This document shows positions 8,362 through 18,632 of a DNA stretch of 58,247 bases, one piece after another; the stretch's first letter is position 1, and every line of letters begins with the position of its first letter. This DNA comes from Myxococcota bacterium (GTDB taxonomy: Bacteria > Myxococcota > XYA12-FULL-58-9 > JABJBS01). The position numbers were made by a program, and so were the translations under genes. The stretch is taken from positions 1 through 58,247 of the forward strand of contig JAYZAY010000102.1 of NCBI GenBank assembly GCA_036339465.1, given 5' to 3'. The notes below the pieces were generated by a model that had not been told where the DNA came from, did not search any database, and saw only the letters and a program-made list of their open reading frames with translations.

Positions 8362-10535
8362 TGAAAAGCCATCACCGTATAAAACGCCCAAACCCACTAT
8401 CTCCACTATCCATGGCACCACTTTCAATACCTTCAATACGCCTGCTCATTGGAGCCTTTTGCTCATTAACTGTGCTAGCTTGTCAACCTCTTCCCCCAAC
8501 TCCTCAAATATTTACCCCTTCAGGAAAACCCATTGAGAAAATCGAAAAGCCAACCCCCGAAGTCGAACAAAAGGTCATGGCCAAGTTCGCCGAAGCCAAG
8601 CGAATTGCCCGCGCCGGACAACCATCGCAAGCACAAACCATCGAAGACAAGATTCTAAAAAACCATATTAATACCAACGCTGCCGCAGAAATTCTCGCTT
8701 CCAGGGGGCGTCAGGCTCAAACCAACGAAAATTATCCCCTCGCTGTGGACCTATTCGAGAAGCTTCTCTTCTATCACCCAGAGCATCCTCGTGCCACCCA
8801 AGCCCGGCACCCATATGCTCAAGTCTTACTAAAGTTAGAACGGTTGTCTGACGCCGTCGCTATGCTACAAGCACTTTTTGCCAAGAGTGAAACAAACGAA
8901 GAAATACGCAGTTTGGGAAAAGACTATTTCGCCGCCTTGAAAAAGGCCAAAAAACATCTGGACGCACTCCTACTTGGGGTAGAACTACTCTCTCTTAACG
9001 AAAGGAATCCCACTGCACACCAACACTTAGAAGAGCAAATTAAGGATCTTGCCTTCCATTTACTTCGCGAGCCAGACCTAGAAACCGTTTGGAATAAATA
9101 CCGAAAGACCAAAAGTCTCGCCAACATCGTTCCTGGTGTGGGCCTCAAGCTGGCAAAGATCTACTACCACACCGATCGCCATGATGCGGCTCAGAAATTG
9201 CTCCAAAGGCTCGTTTCCGAATTTCCTGACCACCCATTGGCATCCAATGGCGCGTCATCTTTCCTCAAACACCTACACAATATCTCCAAAGTCAGCCCTG
9301 CAACGGTCGGGGTATTACTACCACTATCTGGGAAATTTAAACCTTTCGGTGCCTTTGCAAAAACAGCCATCGAGCTTGCTTTCGGAGGCTCCACAAAGAT
9401 TAAACTCGTCTTTGTCGACACCAAAGGCAACTCAACCGCCGCAGCCGATGGTGTCGAGAAACTCGTCATTGAAGATCATGTCATTGGAATTATCGGACCT
9501 CTTATTTCGAGAGCGGCAGAAGCCGCAGCTTTCCGCGCCCAAGGACTCCAAGTTCCCCTTTTAACGCTTTCCTACAAAAGTTCACTTCCCGATATCGGAA
9601 ACAACATATTTAGGACCGCCCTTACCATTGAGGCTCAAGCGCGCTCTCTCGCAGCCGCTGCCTTCGACAAACTTGGGGCCCGTCGCTTCGCCCTCCTCTA
9701 CCCACAAACCTCCTACGGCAAAGCTTTTACCAAAGCCTTTTGGGATGAAGTTGAAACGCGACATGGTGAAATCCGAGGTGTTGAAACCTATGAACACAAC
9801 CAAACAACATTCCGCGAACCCGTTCAAAAACTAGTGGGTCGGTGGTACCGCAGCTCCCGAACAGACTACAATGACGCTATCGAGAAACTTCGAGCGAAGA
9901 ATCTTCCTTCACACCGTTTCAATTCCATGGTCGAAAAAATAGAGAAGTACCTTCCGCCCATCGTTGATTTCGACGCGATTATTATTCCGGACTCAGCGAG
10001 ACGGTTGGGCCTGATTGCTCCGGCCCTTGCTTTTGAAGATATTATTCTCACGAAAAACGAAAAAGAACTTAATAAGATCAGAAAATCAACAGGGAACCAA
10101 GATCTTAAACCCGTCACTCTTTTGGGAGCGAGCACCTGGAATGACCCAGCCCTCAGACAGCACTGCCCTAAGTATTGTAACAATGCTGTTTTTGTCGATG
10201 CTTACTTCAGGGAAAGCAGTCATACACTCGTAAGAGACTTCGAAATGAATTTTAACAAACACACGGGTAATCGGCCCAGATTAATCGACGCCATCGCCTA
10301 TGACACCGGGCTGGCAATTCGCAAATTAATCCAAGAGGCCACTCCCCTCACGCGAAAAGAACTTAGGTCAAAGCTGGCACAATTAAAGTGGTCTGGATTG
10401 ACAGGAGACTTATCATTTGACCCCAATGGTGACATTTTACGCTCGCCCCTTAAAATGTTAACCTTCAAGGATGGAGTCATCCAAAAGCACCCTGAAGCAA
10501 AACGGCCCCTGTCCCCAATCTCCGTCGAGCCCTGA
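8349..10535 (+). CDS. LpoA-like penicillin-binding-protein activator lipoprotein (TPR + periplasmic binding-protein domain)
   Basis: Lipobox LTVLAC; TPR-like helices; VGVLLPLSG, IIGPL, DAIAYD and GLTGDLSFD motifs. True start may be the ATG at 8361 or 8412. Confidence 0.75.
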   Translation: MELLMKSHHRIKRPNPLSPLSMAPLSIPSIRLLIGAFCSLTVLACQPLPPTPQIFTPSGKPIEKIEKPTPEVEQKVMAKFAEAKRIARAGQPSQAQTIEDKILKNHINTNAAAEILASRGRQAQTNENYPLAVDLFEKLLFYHPEHPRATQARHPYAQVLLKLERLSDAVAMLQALFAKSETNEEIRSLGKDYFAALKKAKKHLDALLLGVELLSLNERNPTAHQHLEEQIKDLAFHLLREPDLETVWNKYRKTKSLANIVPGVGLKLAKIYYHTDRHDAAQKLLQRLVSEFPDHPLASNGASSFLKHLHNISKVSPATVGVLLPLSGKFKPFGAFAKTAIELAFGGSTKIKLVFVDTKGNSTAAADGVEKLVIEDHVIGIIGPLISRAAEAAAFRAQGLQVPLLTLSYKSSLPDIGNNIFRTALTIEAQARSLAAAAFDKLGARRFALLYPQTSYGKAFTKAFWDEVETRHGEIRGVETYEHNQTTFREPVQKLVGRWYRSSRTDYNDAIEKLRAKNLPSHRFNSMVEKIEKYLPPIVDFDAIIIPDSARRLGLIAPALAFEDIILTKNEKELNKIRKSTGNQDLKPVTLLGASTWNDPALRQHCPKYCNNAVFVDAYFRESSHTLVRDFEMNFNKHTGNRPRLIDAIAYDTGLAIRKLIQEATPLTRKELRSKLAQLKWSGLTGDLSFDPNGDILRSPLKMLTFKDGVIQKHPEAKRPLSPISVEP

Positions 10536-10577
10536 CCCCTCTCTTCCCGAAACCCCTAGAAGAACTCAAGAATTGCA

Positions 10578-12650
10578 ATGGCTGAAAACATTTCCCCAGA
10601 AAAGATAAACGATTTTTTCTCCTCCGATGGCCCACTAAAATCAACGATTCCTCATTACGAAATCCGAGATGAGCAAAAAAAATTCGCGATAGGAATCGCA
10701 CAAGCAATTCAAAATGAAGAAAATCTCTTCGCCGAGGCAGGAACAGGAACCGGGAAAACACTTGGCTATCTAGTGCCCGCCATACTCTCTGGACTCAAAG
10801 TCATCATCTCAACCGGAACAAAAAACCTCCAAGAACAAATCCTCGCCAAAGACATTCCTATCACCGCCCAAGCACTCGGACGAACCATTTCCGTGGAACT
10901 CTTAAAGGGACGCTCAAATTACCTCTGTCATGCTCGAGCGGATCAATTCTTAGCCCAAGGCGTCATACCAGGGAGCCAATTAAAGAAACATCTAGAAATT
11001 GTTCGCGAATGGAGAGAAGTAACCCATACGGGAGATAGAGCTGAGCTCAAGGATCTACCTGAAAATTTTGACCCATGGCGACACATGTCAGCCACCTCAG
11101 AGCAATGCCCCGCACGCTCTTGCCCTGAATACGAGGCGTGCTGGGTTACCCGCACGCGTCGTCGTGCCCAACAAGCCGACATCGTCATTGTCAATCACCA
11201 CCTCTACTTTGCCGATGCTGCACTGCGCTCTCAGTTGGGAAATACGAGCCAAATCCAACTGATCCCGCCACACGACGTTGTTATTTTCGACGAAGCCCAT
11301 GATATTGATGAAGTTGTTTCGAACCACTTTGGTATAGAAGTATCGGAACGAAGACTCACTTCGTTGATCCGAGATATTGAAACCGAAGCACGAAACAGTA
11401 AACTCGATCTGGAAGAACTAAGAAACCTGCTTACCCGAATTGAAATAGCCCACCACAAATTGTTTAGCGCAATACCCTTCAATCTGGGGCAAAAAAAGAG
11501 AATCGCAAAACAGGATTTAACCTCAGCCATAACGGAAAATTTCTCTACCGTTAGATCTCTACTTATGCTGGTAGAAAATTCACTTTTTGAAGAGCGAACC
11601 GAGCTACTCGTCTCACTTGCCCGAAGATGTAGTGTCTATTACAGAGACCTTGCATTTCTACTCTTTCATCCCCAAGCCCCCTCAATCCTCTACGAAAACC
11701 CCGAAATAACCCCTGAAGAGGATATTGAGCATCTTGAAGATGATTTATTCACTTCGGAGAATACCTCCACAACCTCAGAGCTCGAAACCTTTGAAAAATT
11801 TGTCCACTACAGCGAAGGACATATGAAAAATCGACGGTTGGTGGCGCGACCTCTTGAGGTTTCTACGATTATTCCTTCACTCCTAGCCAAAAAAACAAGT
11901 ATTTTTGTTTCCGCTACTTTGGCCATGGGTGGACGCTTCAAGTATTTTCATTCTAAAATTGGGATACAGCCCAAGGAATCAATTATCGTGGAATCGCCCT
12001 TTCAATACGAAAAGCAGATGCGATACTTCATACCAAGCAAGTTAGCAGCCCCTAGAACTCCCCGGTATCAAGAAGAAATGGAAGACACCGTCTCTGATTT
12101 GGTGCGTATTTCCCAAGGTGGTGCATTTGTTCTCTGTACAAGCTACAGCATGCTCAACACCCTCGCTTCCTTTTTAGACCTACATTCAGAGTTCACAGTG
12201 CTTAAACAAGGCGACAAGCCGAAAAATAAATTGCTGCAAGATTTCATCTCCGACGGAAATGCTGTCCTCATTGCCACCATGAGTTTCTGGCAAGGGGTCG
12301 ATGTTCCTGGCGCTGCTCTCCGCCTGGTCATTATCGACAAACTTCCCTTTGCATCGCCCTATGACCCCTTAGTTCAAGCCCGACTAGATTATCTCGAAAA
12401 ATCAGGGTGCTCCCCTTTTATGGATTACCAAGTTCCTCAGGCTGCAATTCTCCTCAGACAAGGGGTCGGTCGCTTAATTAGAACACGCCTGGACAGGGGT
12501 GTTGTCGGCATTTTGGATTCTCGACTCACGCAACGTCATTATGGGCGACAAATCCAAGAATCGTTACCCAAAGCCCCAATATTGAACCATTTGGAAGATG
12601 TTCATTCCTTCTTCAGCAATCAGGACCATTTAAACAATGTCATTGACTAG
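10578..12650 (+). CDS. ATP-dependent DNA helicase, DinG/YoaA family
   Basis: EAGTGTGKT, KGRSNYLC, Fe-S Cys cluster (QCPARSCPEYEAC), DEAH, SATL, FWQGVDVPG and QGVGRLIR motifs. Confidence 0.95.
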   Translation: MAENISPEKINDFFSSDGPLKSTIPHYEIRDEQKKFAIGIAQAIQNEENLFAEAGTGTGKTLGYLVPAILSGLKVIISTGTKNLQEQILAKDIPITAQALGRTISVELLKGRSNYLCHARADQFLAQGVIPGSQLKKHLEIVREWREVTHTGDRAELKDLPENFDPWRHMSATSEQCPARSCPEYEACWVTRTRRRAQQADIVIVNHHLYFADAALRSQLGNTSQIQLIPPHDVVIFDEAHDIDEVVSNHFGIEVSERRLTSLIRDIETEARNSKLDLEELRNLLTRIEIAHHKLFSAIPFNLGQKKRIAKQDLTSAITENFSTVRSLLMLVENSLFEERTELLVSLARRCSVYYRDLAFLLFHPQAPSILYENPEITPEEDIEHLEDDLFTSENTSTTSELETFEKFVHYSEGHMKNRRLVARPLEVSTIIPSLLAKKTSIFVSATLAMGGRFKYFHSKIGIQPKESIIVESPFQYEKQMRYFIPSKLAAPRTPRYQEEMEDTVSDLVRISQGGAFVLCTSYSMLNTLASFLDLHSEFTVLKQGDKPKNKLLQDFISDGNAVLIATMSFWQGVDVPGAALRLVIIDKLPFASPYDPLVQARLDYLEKSGCSPFMDYQVPQAAILLRQGVGRLIRTRLDRGVVGILDSRLTQRHYGRQIQESLPKAPILNHLEDVHSFFSNQDHLNNVID

Positions 12651-14100
12651 CTTTCTATTCCTGCCCATTCTGCTCCTAAGTGGGCCCTCCGTTGAATCGC
12701 AATCAATAGAAACCACCTCTGAACCAAAAAAGGACACTCAAAATATCACCACGGCACATTCAATGACCGTAGCAGACAAATTGAGCGCTGCCATTAGAAT
12801 CAAAACCATCTCCAAAAAAGAGCAACCACTCGACCCACAGACATTTCTGAAATTCAAGCAGTTCCTCAAGCAAGCCTTCCCACTTACCCACCAAAAACTA
12901 AAGCTCGAAACCTTTGAAGACCATAGTCTGCGTCTCAAGTGGCAAGGTAAAACGTCAGACCCACCATTGGTGCTCATGGCACACCAAGATGTCGTCCCCG
13001 TAGCACAATCCACGGTCAAGGATTGGCAACACCCTCCATTTTCTGGCTTTAACGATGGGCAATATATCTGGGGCCGCGGCAGTCTCGACGCAAAAAATAT
13101 TCTCATCGCAGTGCTTCAAGCTATCGAAGAAGAAATTAAAGGCGGCTTTGAACCTAAGAAAACCATTTATATCGCACTGGGCCATGACGAAGAAGTTCTG
13201 GGATCAGGTGCAAAAGCGATGGCTGAGGACTTTCAAAAAAGAGCGAATCCTCCTGGGCTCGTCCTCGATGAAGGCTTGGCCATCACCCATAATATGATGC
13301 CCGGACTTGGTTCCCCCTTGGCTTTAATCGGGGTCTCGGAGAAAGGATATTTAACCATCAAACTCATAAGCCAAAGCCCCGGCGGGCACAGTTCAATGCC
13401 CCCAACACAAACCGCCATCTCCAAACTGGCAAGAGCCCTAACCAAAGTCCTCGATAACCCCTTTGAAGCACGTCTATCCTTGCCAATTCAAAATCTCCTG
13501 GACAACGTCTCAGAATACGTTGACTTTCCAATGAGTTTTATTTTCAAATATCACAGTCTAGCCAAACCCATTCTCATCAATAAGTTTGGCCAAAACCCCA
13601 GCACCAATGCCCTCATAAGGACCACCATCGCCCCCACGATTTTTCATGCGGGCGTCAGAGAAAATGTTCTGCCAACTTCGGCCAGCGCAAAATTGAACTT
13701 CAGAATTTTACCGGGAGACACGACTGACTCCATCGTAGCGAGCTTAAAAGAAACTCTCCAAGGCCATGACATTGAGATTCGGGCAGAACTCAAGACCTCA
13801 ACAAACCCCTCACCTATATCTTGTATCGACTGTCCTGAGTACAAGCTCATTGAGCGCTCATTGAAAAAGATTTTCCCGAATTCTATCGTCGCATCGTCCA
13901 TCGTCGTTGGAGCCACCGATGCCAGGCATTATGGCGCGTTGTCCCCAGCCGTTTATCGATTTAGCCCATTCAATTTTCGGCCCGAAGATTTAAGTAGAAT
14001 ACACGGCACCAATGAGCGGGTATCCATTAACGACCTCAACGAGGCGGTTAAGTTTTACCGGGAGATTGTTCGAAAATACGAAAAATTAGCTTCCCCCTAG
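12637..14100 (+). CDS. M20-family metallopeptidase (carboxypeptidase S/PM20D1-like), exported
   Basis: AHQDVVP, GRGSLDAK, HDEE, LDEG, GGHSS and IHGTNE motifs; hydrophobic N-terminus. Confidence 0.9.
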   Translation: MSLTSFLFLPILLLSGPSVESQSIETTSEPKKDTQNITTAHSMTVADKLSAAIRIKTISKKEQPLDPQTFLKFKQFLKQAFPLTHQKLKLETFEDHSLRLKWQGKTSDPPLVLMAHQDVVPVAQSTVKDWQHPPFSGFNDGQYIWGRGSLDAKNILIAVLQAIEEEIKGGFEPKKTIYIALGHDEEVLGSGAKAMAEDFQKRANPPGLVLDEGLAITHNMMPGLGSPLALIGVSEKGYLTIKLISQSPGGHSSMPPTQTAISKLARALTKVLDNPFEARLSLPIQNLLDNVSEYVDFPMSFIFKYHSLAKPILINKFGQNPSTNALIRTTIAPTIFHAGVRENVLPTSASAKLNFRILPGDTTDSIVASLKETLQGHDIEIRAELKTSTNPSPISCIDCPEYKLIERSLKKIFPNSIVASSIVVGATDARHYGALSPAVYRFSPFNFRPEDLSRIHGTNERVSINDLNEAVKFYREIVRKYEKLASP

Positions 14101-15501
14101 AAATCCTTTGATCTTTTTCAAGATTGTACCCCCTGTCTTATCTGAATTCGCCTTTCTGAGATTCAGAAGTCTTAGGGCACGGACGGCGTCAATATTCTGT
14201 GGATTGATCTGAAGCGTCATTTGTAAGTGATACCGAGCCGTCTCTAATTCATCTCGCTCCTGAGCAACTCTACCAATAAATTCGTGGATGATTTCTTTTT
14301 CACGCCACCCCTCTTCATTTTCCAAAAGTTTTTTCCAGGCAGCATCCCTTTGCTCATCATCATCGGCACATCGATAACAGGCATATGAATAGCATGCGAG
14401 GTACTCTGGCTCACTTGGATTCGACTTAACGACCCCCTTCAATAGTGAAAGAGCCGCAGCCGCTTTTCCGTGTTGGAGCATTCTAACTGCCTTTTGATAA
14501 GAAACTTCCATATCAAGTATTTCTCGAGGATCCGTGGGCAACCCTTTTTTCTTTTGTGAAAGAATAAAATCGTATTCGGACCGCCGAGCAGGGTCCTTAA
14601 GGGTCTGGTAAGCCTCTTCTGTACGGATAAATAGTTGGTGGGCCATCTCCTCAATCTCTTGGTCATCCAACGCGCGATAACGATCACCGTGCCACTGTTT
14701 AGCCCGTTCGATAAAAGCCTTTTCAAGACTATCCTCAGACGAGGATGATTGGAGACCCAACAACGTATAATGATCCGCATTCTTGAAAGCACTGTAGTCT
14801 TCCCGCAATCGAACCACACTTTCGTTTTCCCGACAGCTTTCGTTGGAAGCACTCGATTCTGCAACCGAACCATCATTGTCCCCAAACTCTAGGACAATAG
14901 ACTCCCGACCTGTAAAATCATCCTGTAACTTACTCAGTGGGGTTTTATCTTCAACAACCACCAAGCCCTTAAGCGTCAACAATGCCAAACACAACCGCGC
15001 TTGTTCCTCTGAGTCGCCCAAAGCATTGATGAAAGATATCCGTCCATTCGGCTTTTCGAATCGGCTTTCGGACAATTTAAACAATAATTCGGCGATTCGA
15101 TCGAAGTTAGGCCCTGCCTCCAATATCCAATTTTTTCGAATCACCGCACAGCCTCGAAGAATTGGCATCGGCAAACGAGTGGCCAAGTGAATCAAAACCT
15201 CTTTCAAGGTGTCGACCCTCAAGGTTTCTAGATGTGCAAAATCGGACAGTTCTCCTGGCTGGAAACGACACACGCCTCGAGCACCCTGACTTAATAAGCG
15301 AATTCCCTTGGCCACAGATTCCCTCGAACTATGTTTAACACCTCGAGTATCAACCAATACCTGGGGCCTCCCTGAAACAAAAACGATGGTTAAGGTGTCA
15401 TTATCAATATCCCAAAAGAGAGAACCTGTTCTCCTTTCAGAAGCAAGTTCCACTAAAACATCCGCACCTAACTTCAAATAGCTCAACTCCCAAGGTGTCA
15501 T
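14086..15501 (-). CDS. J-domain-like + TPR protein
   Basis: DHYTLLG...AKQWHGDRY...EAYQTLKDPARRSEYD J-domain with HGD in place of HPD; C-terminal TPR-like helices; N-terminal DUF4388-like segment. Confidence 0.75.
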   Translation of the reverse strand: MTPWELSYLKLGADVLVELASERRTGSLFWDIDNDTLTIVFVSGRPQVLVDTRGVKHSSRESVAKGIRLLSQGARGVCRFQPGELSDFAHLETLRVDTLKEVLIHLATRLPMPILRGCAVIRKNWILEAGPNFDRIAELLFKLSESRFEKPNGRISFINALGDSEEQARLCLALLTLKGLVVVEDKTPLSKLQDDFTGRESIVLEFGDNDGSVAESSASNESCRENESVVRLREDYSAFKNADHYTLLGLQSSSSEDSLEKAFIERAKQWHGDRYRALDDQEIEEMAHQLFIRTEEAYQTLKDPARRSEYDFILSQKKKGLPTDPREILDMEVSYQKAVRMLQHGKAAAALSLLKGVVKSNPSEPEYLACYSYACYRCADDDEQRDAAWKKLLENEEGWREKEIIHEFIGRVAQERDELETARYHLQMTLQINPQNIDAVRALRLLNLRKANSDKTGGTILKKIKGFLGGS

Positions 15502-17855
15502 TCTTGTACCTCATAATAGTTGGGCGTTATCGCCAAATATGACCGCATGATCACATTCCAATCCTTCATAAATTCTTTCATATAAGATTGTGATTTTCCC
15601 AAAGCACCCCAACTCAGTATTCGGTCCACAATCGAAACAGAACTTTCCGGAAAAACAAGCCGAGCGTATTTGCTTTCCAATTTAGCGCGCATAAGAACTT
15701 CTTTATAAGCATCCTGGAGCCCACCAATTCTGTCAACCAGCCGCTTCTCTTTGGCCGCAAGTCCAGTCAAAACTTCACCCGTCGCAATCTTATAGGTATC
15801 CCGCTTACTCAGTTTACGACCATCCATAATCCGCTTCACGAAAAAGTCATAATAGTGATGAAGAACCCGCCTTATCTCCTTAGCTCCACCTTCCTCAAGT
15901 GGAACATCCATGGAATCCCAATCAGCTAAAGGGGCCGATAGCTCGGCATGGGAGCCGACCCCAAGCTTCTCCCACAATCCAGACACATCTGGAAACATAC
16001 CAAAAATTCCAATGGAACCCGTCACACTATCGGCATTGGCATAGATAGAATCTGCAGCAGAGGCGATATAATAAGCACCGGAAGCTGCCATACTACCCAT
16101 GGATACCACCAGCGGTTTACGATTCGCGACCATCCTAGCCGCACGCCAAATCCTTTCCGAAGCATAAACATCCCCGCCAGGTGACTCCAACCGCAAAACC
16201 ACCCCGGCGACTCTGGAGGAACGAGCCGCCCATTCCAATTGAGGAACAATGCGGTCAGCCGACGCAATCTTACCCACCAATGGATGAAATTCTCCGCTGG
16301 ATAAAATCGTGCCGCCCACGGTTATAACTGGAACAATGGTTTCAGCACCCCATTCACTATTGGAACGCTCCTCCACCAACTTTACCAAATCTTTAAATGG
16401 TAGCTCCGGCTCCGTGAAGTTTCCTTTGATTTTATCCACCAAACCATACTCAATTGCGCAAGTCGCATCACAATGCCCACGGTTTATTAACATATTGATA
16501 TCAGCAAAGCTGATGTTCCTATCTCCATGAAGTGTTTCAACCAAATATTGATGGGCACCATCCAATAGACGTTTTCGCATCTCGACATCTTCATCTCGGG
16601 GAGTCGAGCGGGTTAATAGATCCGGTGCGGTTTTATACTTACCAATGCTAACAACATCGACTTTGATCCCAAGCTTTGCCAAAGCATCCCCAAAGTATCG
16701 ACGTCGAATCACAAAACCATCAATGCGAAGAATACCCATCGGGTCCAAAACAACTTCATCGGCCGCCGACGCGACCAGATAGGTATATTCATTGGCCATG
16801 GTTAACTCGGCAACCACTCTTTTTCCAGCTTTCTTTAAACTGCGAATGGCCCGTCGGATCTCTTGCACGTCAGCTAAAGTAACCGTTAATTTTCGAATAT
16901 CAAAAACCACTTCTTCAATATCTTGCCGCTCCTCCAAACGTCCCAACAACCAAGCCAAATTGGACGTTTCGGGCCCCTGTGAAAACCACGAACCATCCCC
17001 GAACCGGAGGTTTCCATACAGGGGTATGCGAATGCGACGGCGCGCAATTTCCAGGCCGCTAGAAGGTGAGACCTTCAAGCCAATCTGGGCGATCAACCGA
17101 CCATCTTCTGCTTCTTTATTTGGCCTGCTGAAGTCCATCCCAAGCCCGGTATGTAATCCGGCTGAACCTGCATTCCATTGAATACTCAGAAGGCTTCCCA
17201 AATATTGCTCGTCGGAATTAAAGTACCGATAATGGAGACCCAATTCGATACCACTGGCAACAGAGATCCCAACTCCCACTCCCAGGGAATCAAACTTAGC
17301 ATTATGCCAACGAACACCATCCCGACCCTCTAAGTAGGTATCCACTGATGCTCTGACCAAGTTACCTTCGAAAGGAAACCGGGTGCTCAAGCCCAAGCTA
17401 TAAGTCGGCCCAACACCCTTTGCCCGAGGTAACCCAAGCCCAAGACTCGTTCGCAGCCAACGCGTCGGTTCAGTATGAAAACCGAAACGCCAATATCGCG
17501 ATTCCGTCCTTTGATCACCAGAATAGCTCACGCCCAAAAAGCTTGCTGCCCCCAAATTAAAACCCAATCCCCCAAGCCACCAATCGCCCGCGACTTGATT
17601 CCATTGATAAGCCGATTGAAGTTTCAATCCCCCCAAAGGAAAACCCAATGAAATACGACCAAAGTTGTTTGGTTTCCCTTGGAGGTGTAACCCTTTCTCA
17701 AGCATCAACTGAAAACTCGAAACATCGCTGATTGCGGCTGAGTCGTGATAGATGCCTTGAACATCTTCATCAGCCCCAAAGGTCCGACTTCGCCACTCCA
17801 AACCTGGGCTCGCCATCTGCATCACACATAGAATCGTCCAAAATCCGGATATCAT
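15498..17855 (-). CDS. sppA: Signal peptide peptidase SppA, long form with N-terminal beta-rich extension
   Basis: Two S49 domains: GKYKTA (Lys), ESPGG, MAASGAYYIAS (Ser), TGSIG and LVDRIGG. ATGA overlap with the downstream gene. Confidence 0.85.
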   Translation of the reverse strand: MISGFWTILCVMQMASPGLEWRSRTFGADEDVQGIYHDSAAISDVSSFQLMLEKGLHLQGKPNNFGRISLGFPLGGLKLQSAYQWNQVAGDWWLGGLGFNLGAASFLGVSYSGDQRTESRYWRFGFHTEPTRWLRTSLGLGLPRAKGVGPTYSLGLSTRFPFEGNLVRASVDTYLEGRDGVRWHNAKFDSLGVGVGISVASGIELGLHYRYFNSDEQYLGSLLSIQWNAGSAGLHTGLGMDFSRPNKEAEDGRLIAQIGLKVSPSSGLEIARRRIRIPLYGNLRFGDGSWFSQGPETSNLAWLLGRLEERQDIEEVVFDIRKLTVTLADVQEIRRAIRSLKKAGKRVVAELTMANEYTYLVASAADEVVLDPMGILRIDGFVIRRRYFGDALAKLGIKVDVVSIGKYKTAPDLLTRSTPRDEDVEMRKRLLDGAHQYLVETLHGDRNISFADINMLINRGHCDATCAIEYGLVDKIKGNFTEPELPFKDLVKLVEERSNSEWGAETIVPVITVGGTILSSGEFHPLVGKIASADRIVPQLEWAARSSRVAGVVLRLESPGGDVYASERIWRAARMVANRKPLVVSMGSMAASGAYYIASAADSIYANADSVTGSIGIFGMFPDVSGLWEKLGVGSHAELSAPLADWDSMDVPLEEGGAKEIRRVLHHYYDFFVKRIMDGRKLSKRDTYKIATGEVLTGLAAKEKRLVDRIGGLQDAYKEVLMRAKLESKYARLVFPESSVSIVDRILSWGALGKSQSYMKEFMKDWNVIMRSYLAITPNYYEVQE

Positions 17856-17915
17856 GGAGAGAAAGTATACGACTTTAGAAGATGTTTCCAGTAGCTTCAG
17901 AACTGAAAAAGCGAC

Positions 17916-18626
17916 CTAGGTCAATCGCGCAATACCCGCTCTCAAACCTTTACCAAGATGCAATTCCACCCAAGCCTTAGCCACATTTTCCGCTTCTCTT
18001 AAATCGCGCTCAACACTCGACTTCCCGTGCCAAGCAGAAATAGCCGTTCTACTAAAGCGATAAGAACCACGAGACTGCGCACACCCATCACAGACCATTC
18101 CCCCTAAATCAAAGTCCAAGCAAAACCATAGGGATGGCTCAGAGCTACATTGGACACACCGATTCATCGTAGGAGCAATACCGAGAATTTCATAAAGTAA
18201 TGGATGGAAATTGAACGCTTTAGCGATGTTACCAACAACCAAATCATCCAGCGCTTCCACACATATCCCAAAGGCAGCGGGAACCGGTTCATGCTCCGGC
18301 AAAAGACTCACCAAGGACTCGCAGAGGATGTTGGCTCGGTCCAACCGCTCGAGTGATTGGCGAAGCCCAATTCTCATATCAAGAAGATCGATGCTTTCTA
18401 GACTCCACAATCCAGTTCTCTTGGGTTTTAAGCAAGCCTGGACTTGAGCGAATTGGTCAAGCCCCCCCCCAAAACGACGCCTTGAAGCCCGTGCATTTCT
18501 GGCAAGACATGCAACCCGGCCAAAATCGCGCGTCAAACATTCAACGATCCGGTGGGAATCACCATAATTTCTCAGCTGTAATATGACTGCAGTGGTAAAT
18601 TGACTATTGGTGCTGCGAACATCCAT
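17916..18626 (-). CDS. recO: DNA repair protein RecO
   Basis: AVILQLRNYGDSHRIVECLTRDFGRV...ARASRRRFGG N-terminus; CxxC...CxxC zinc motif. Confidence 0.9.
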   Translation of the reverse strand: MDVRSTNSQFTTAVILQLRNYGDSHRIVECLTRDFGRVACLARNARASRRRFGGGLDQFAQVQACLKPKRTGLWSLESIDLLDMRIGLRQSLERLDRANILCESLVSLLPEHEPVPAAFGICVEALDDLVVGNIAKAFNFHPLLYEILGIAPTMNRCVQCSSEPSLWFCLDFDLGGMVCDGCAQSRGSYRFSRTAISAWHGKSSVERDLREAENVAKAWVELHLGKGLRAGIARLT

Positions 18627-18632
18627 AGAGAA

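Noticed and set aside
18462..18470. G9 tracts in recO (and in argB at 36335-36343) as phase-variation sites
   Set aside because: Both encode Gly runs within conserved motifs of housekeeping genes and are in frame.
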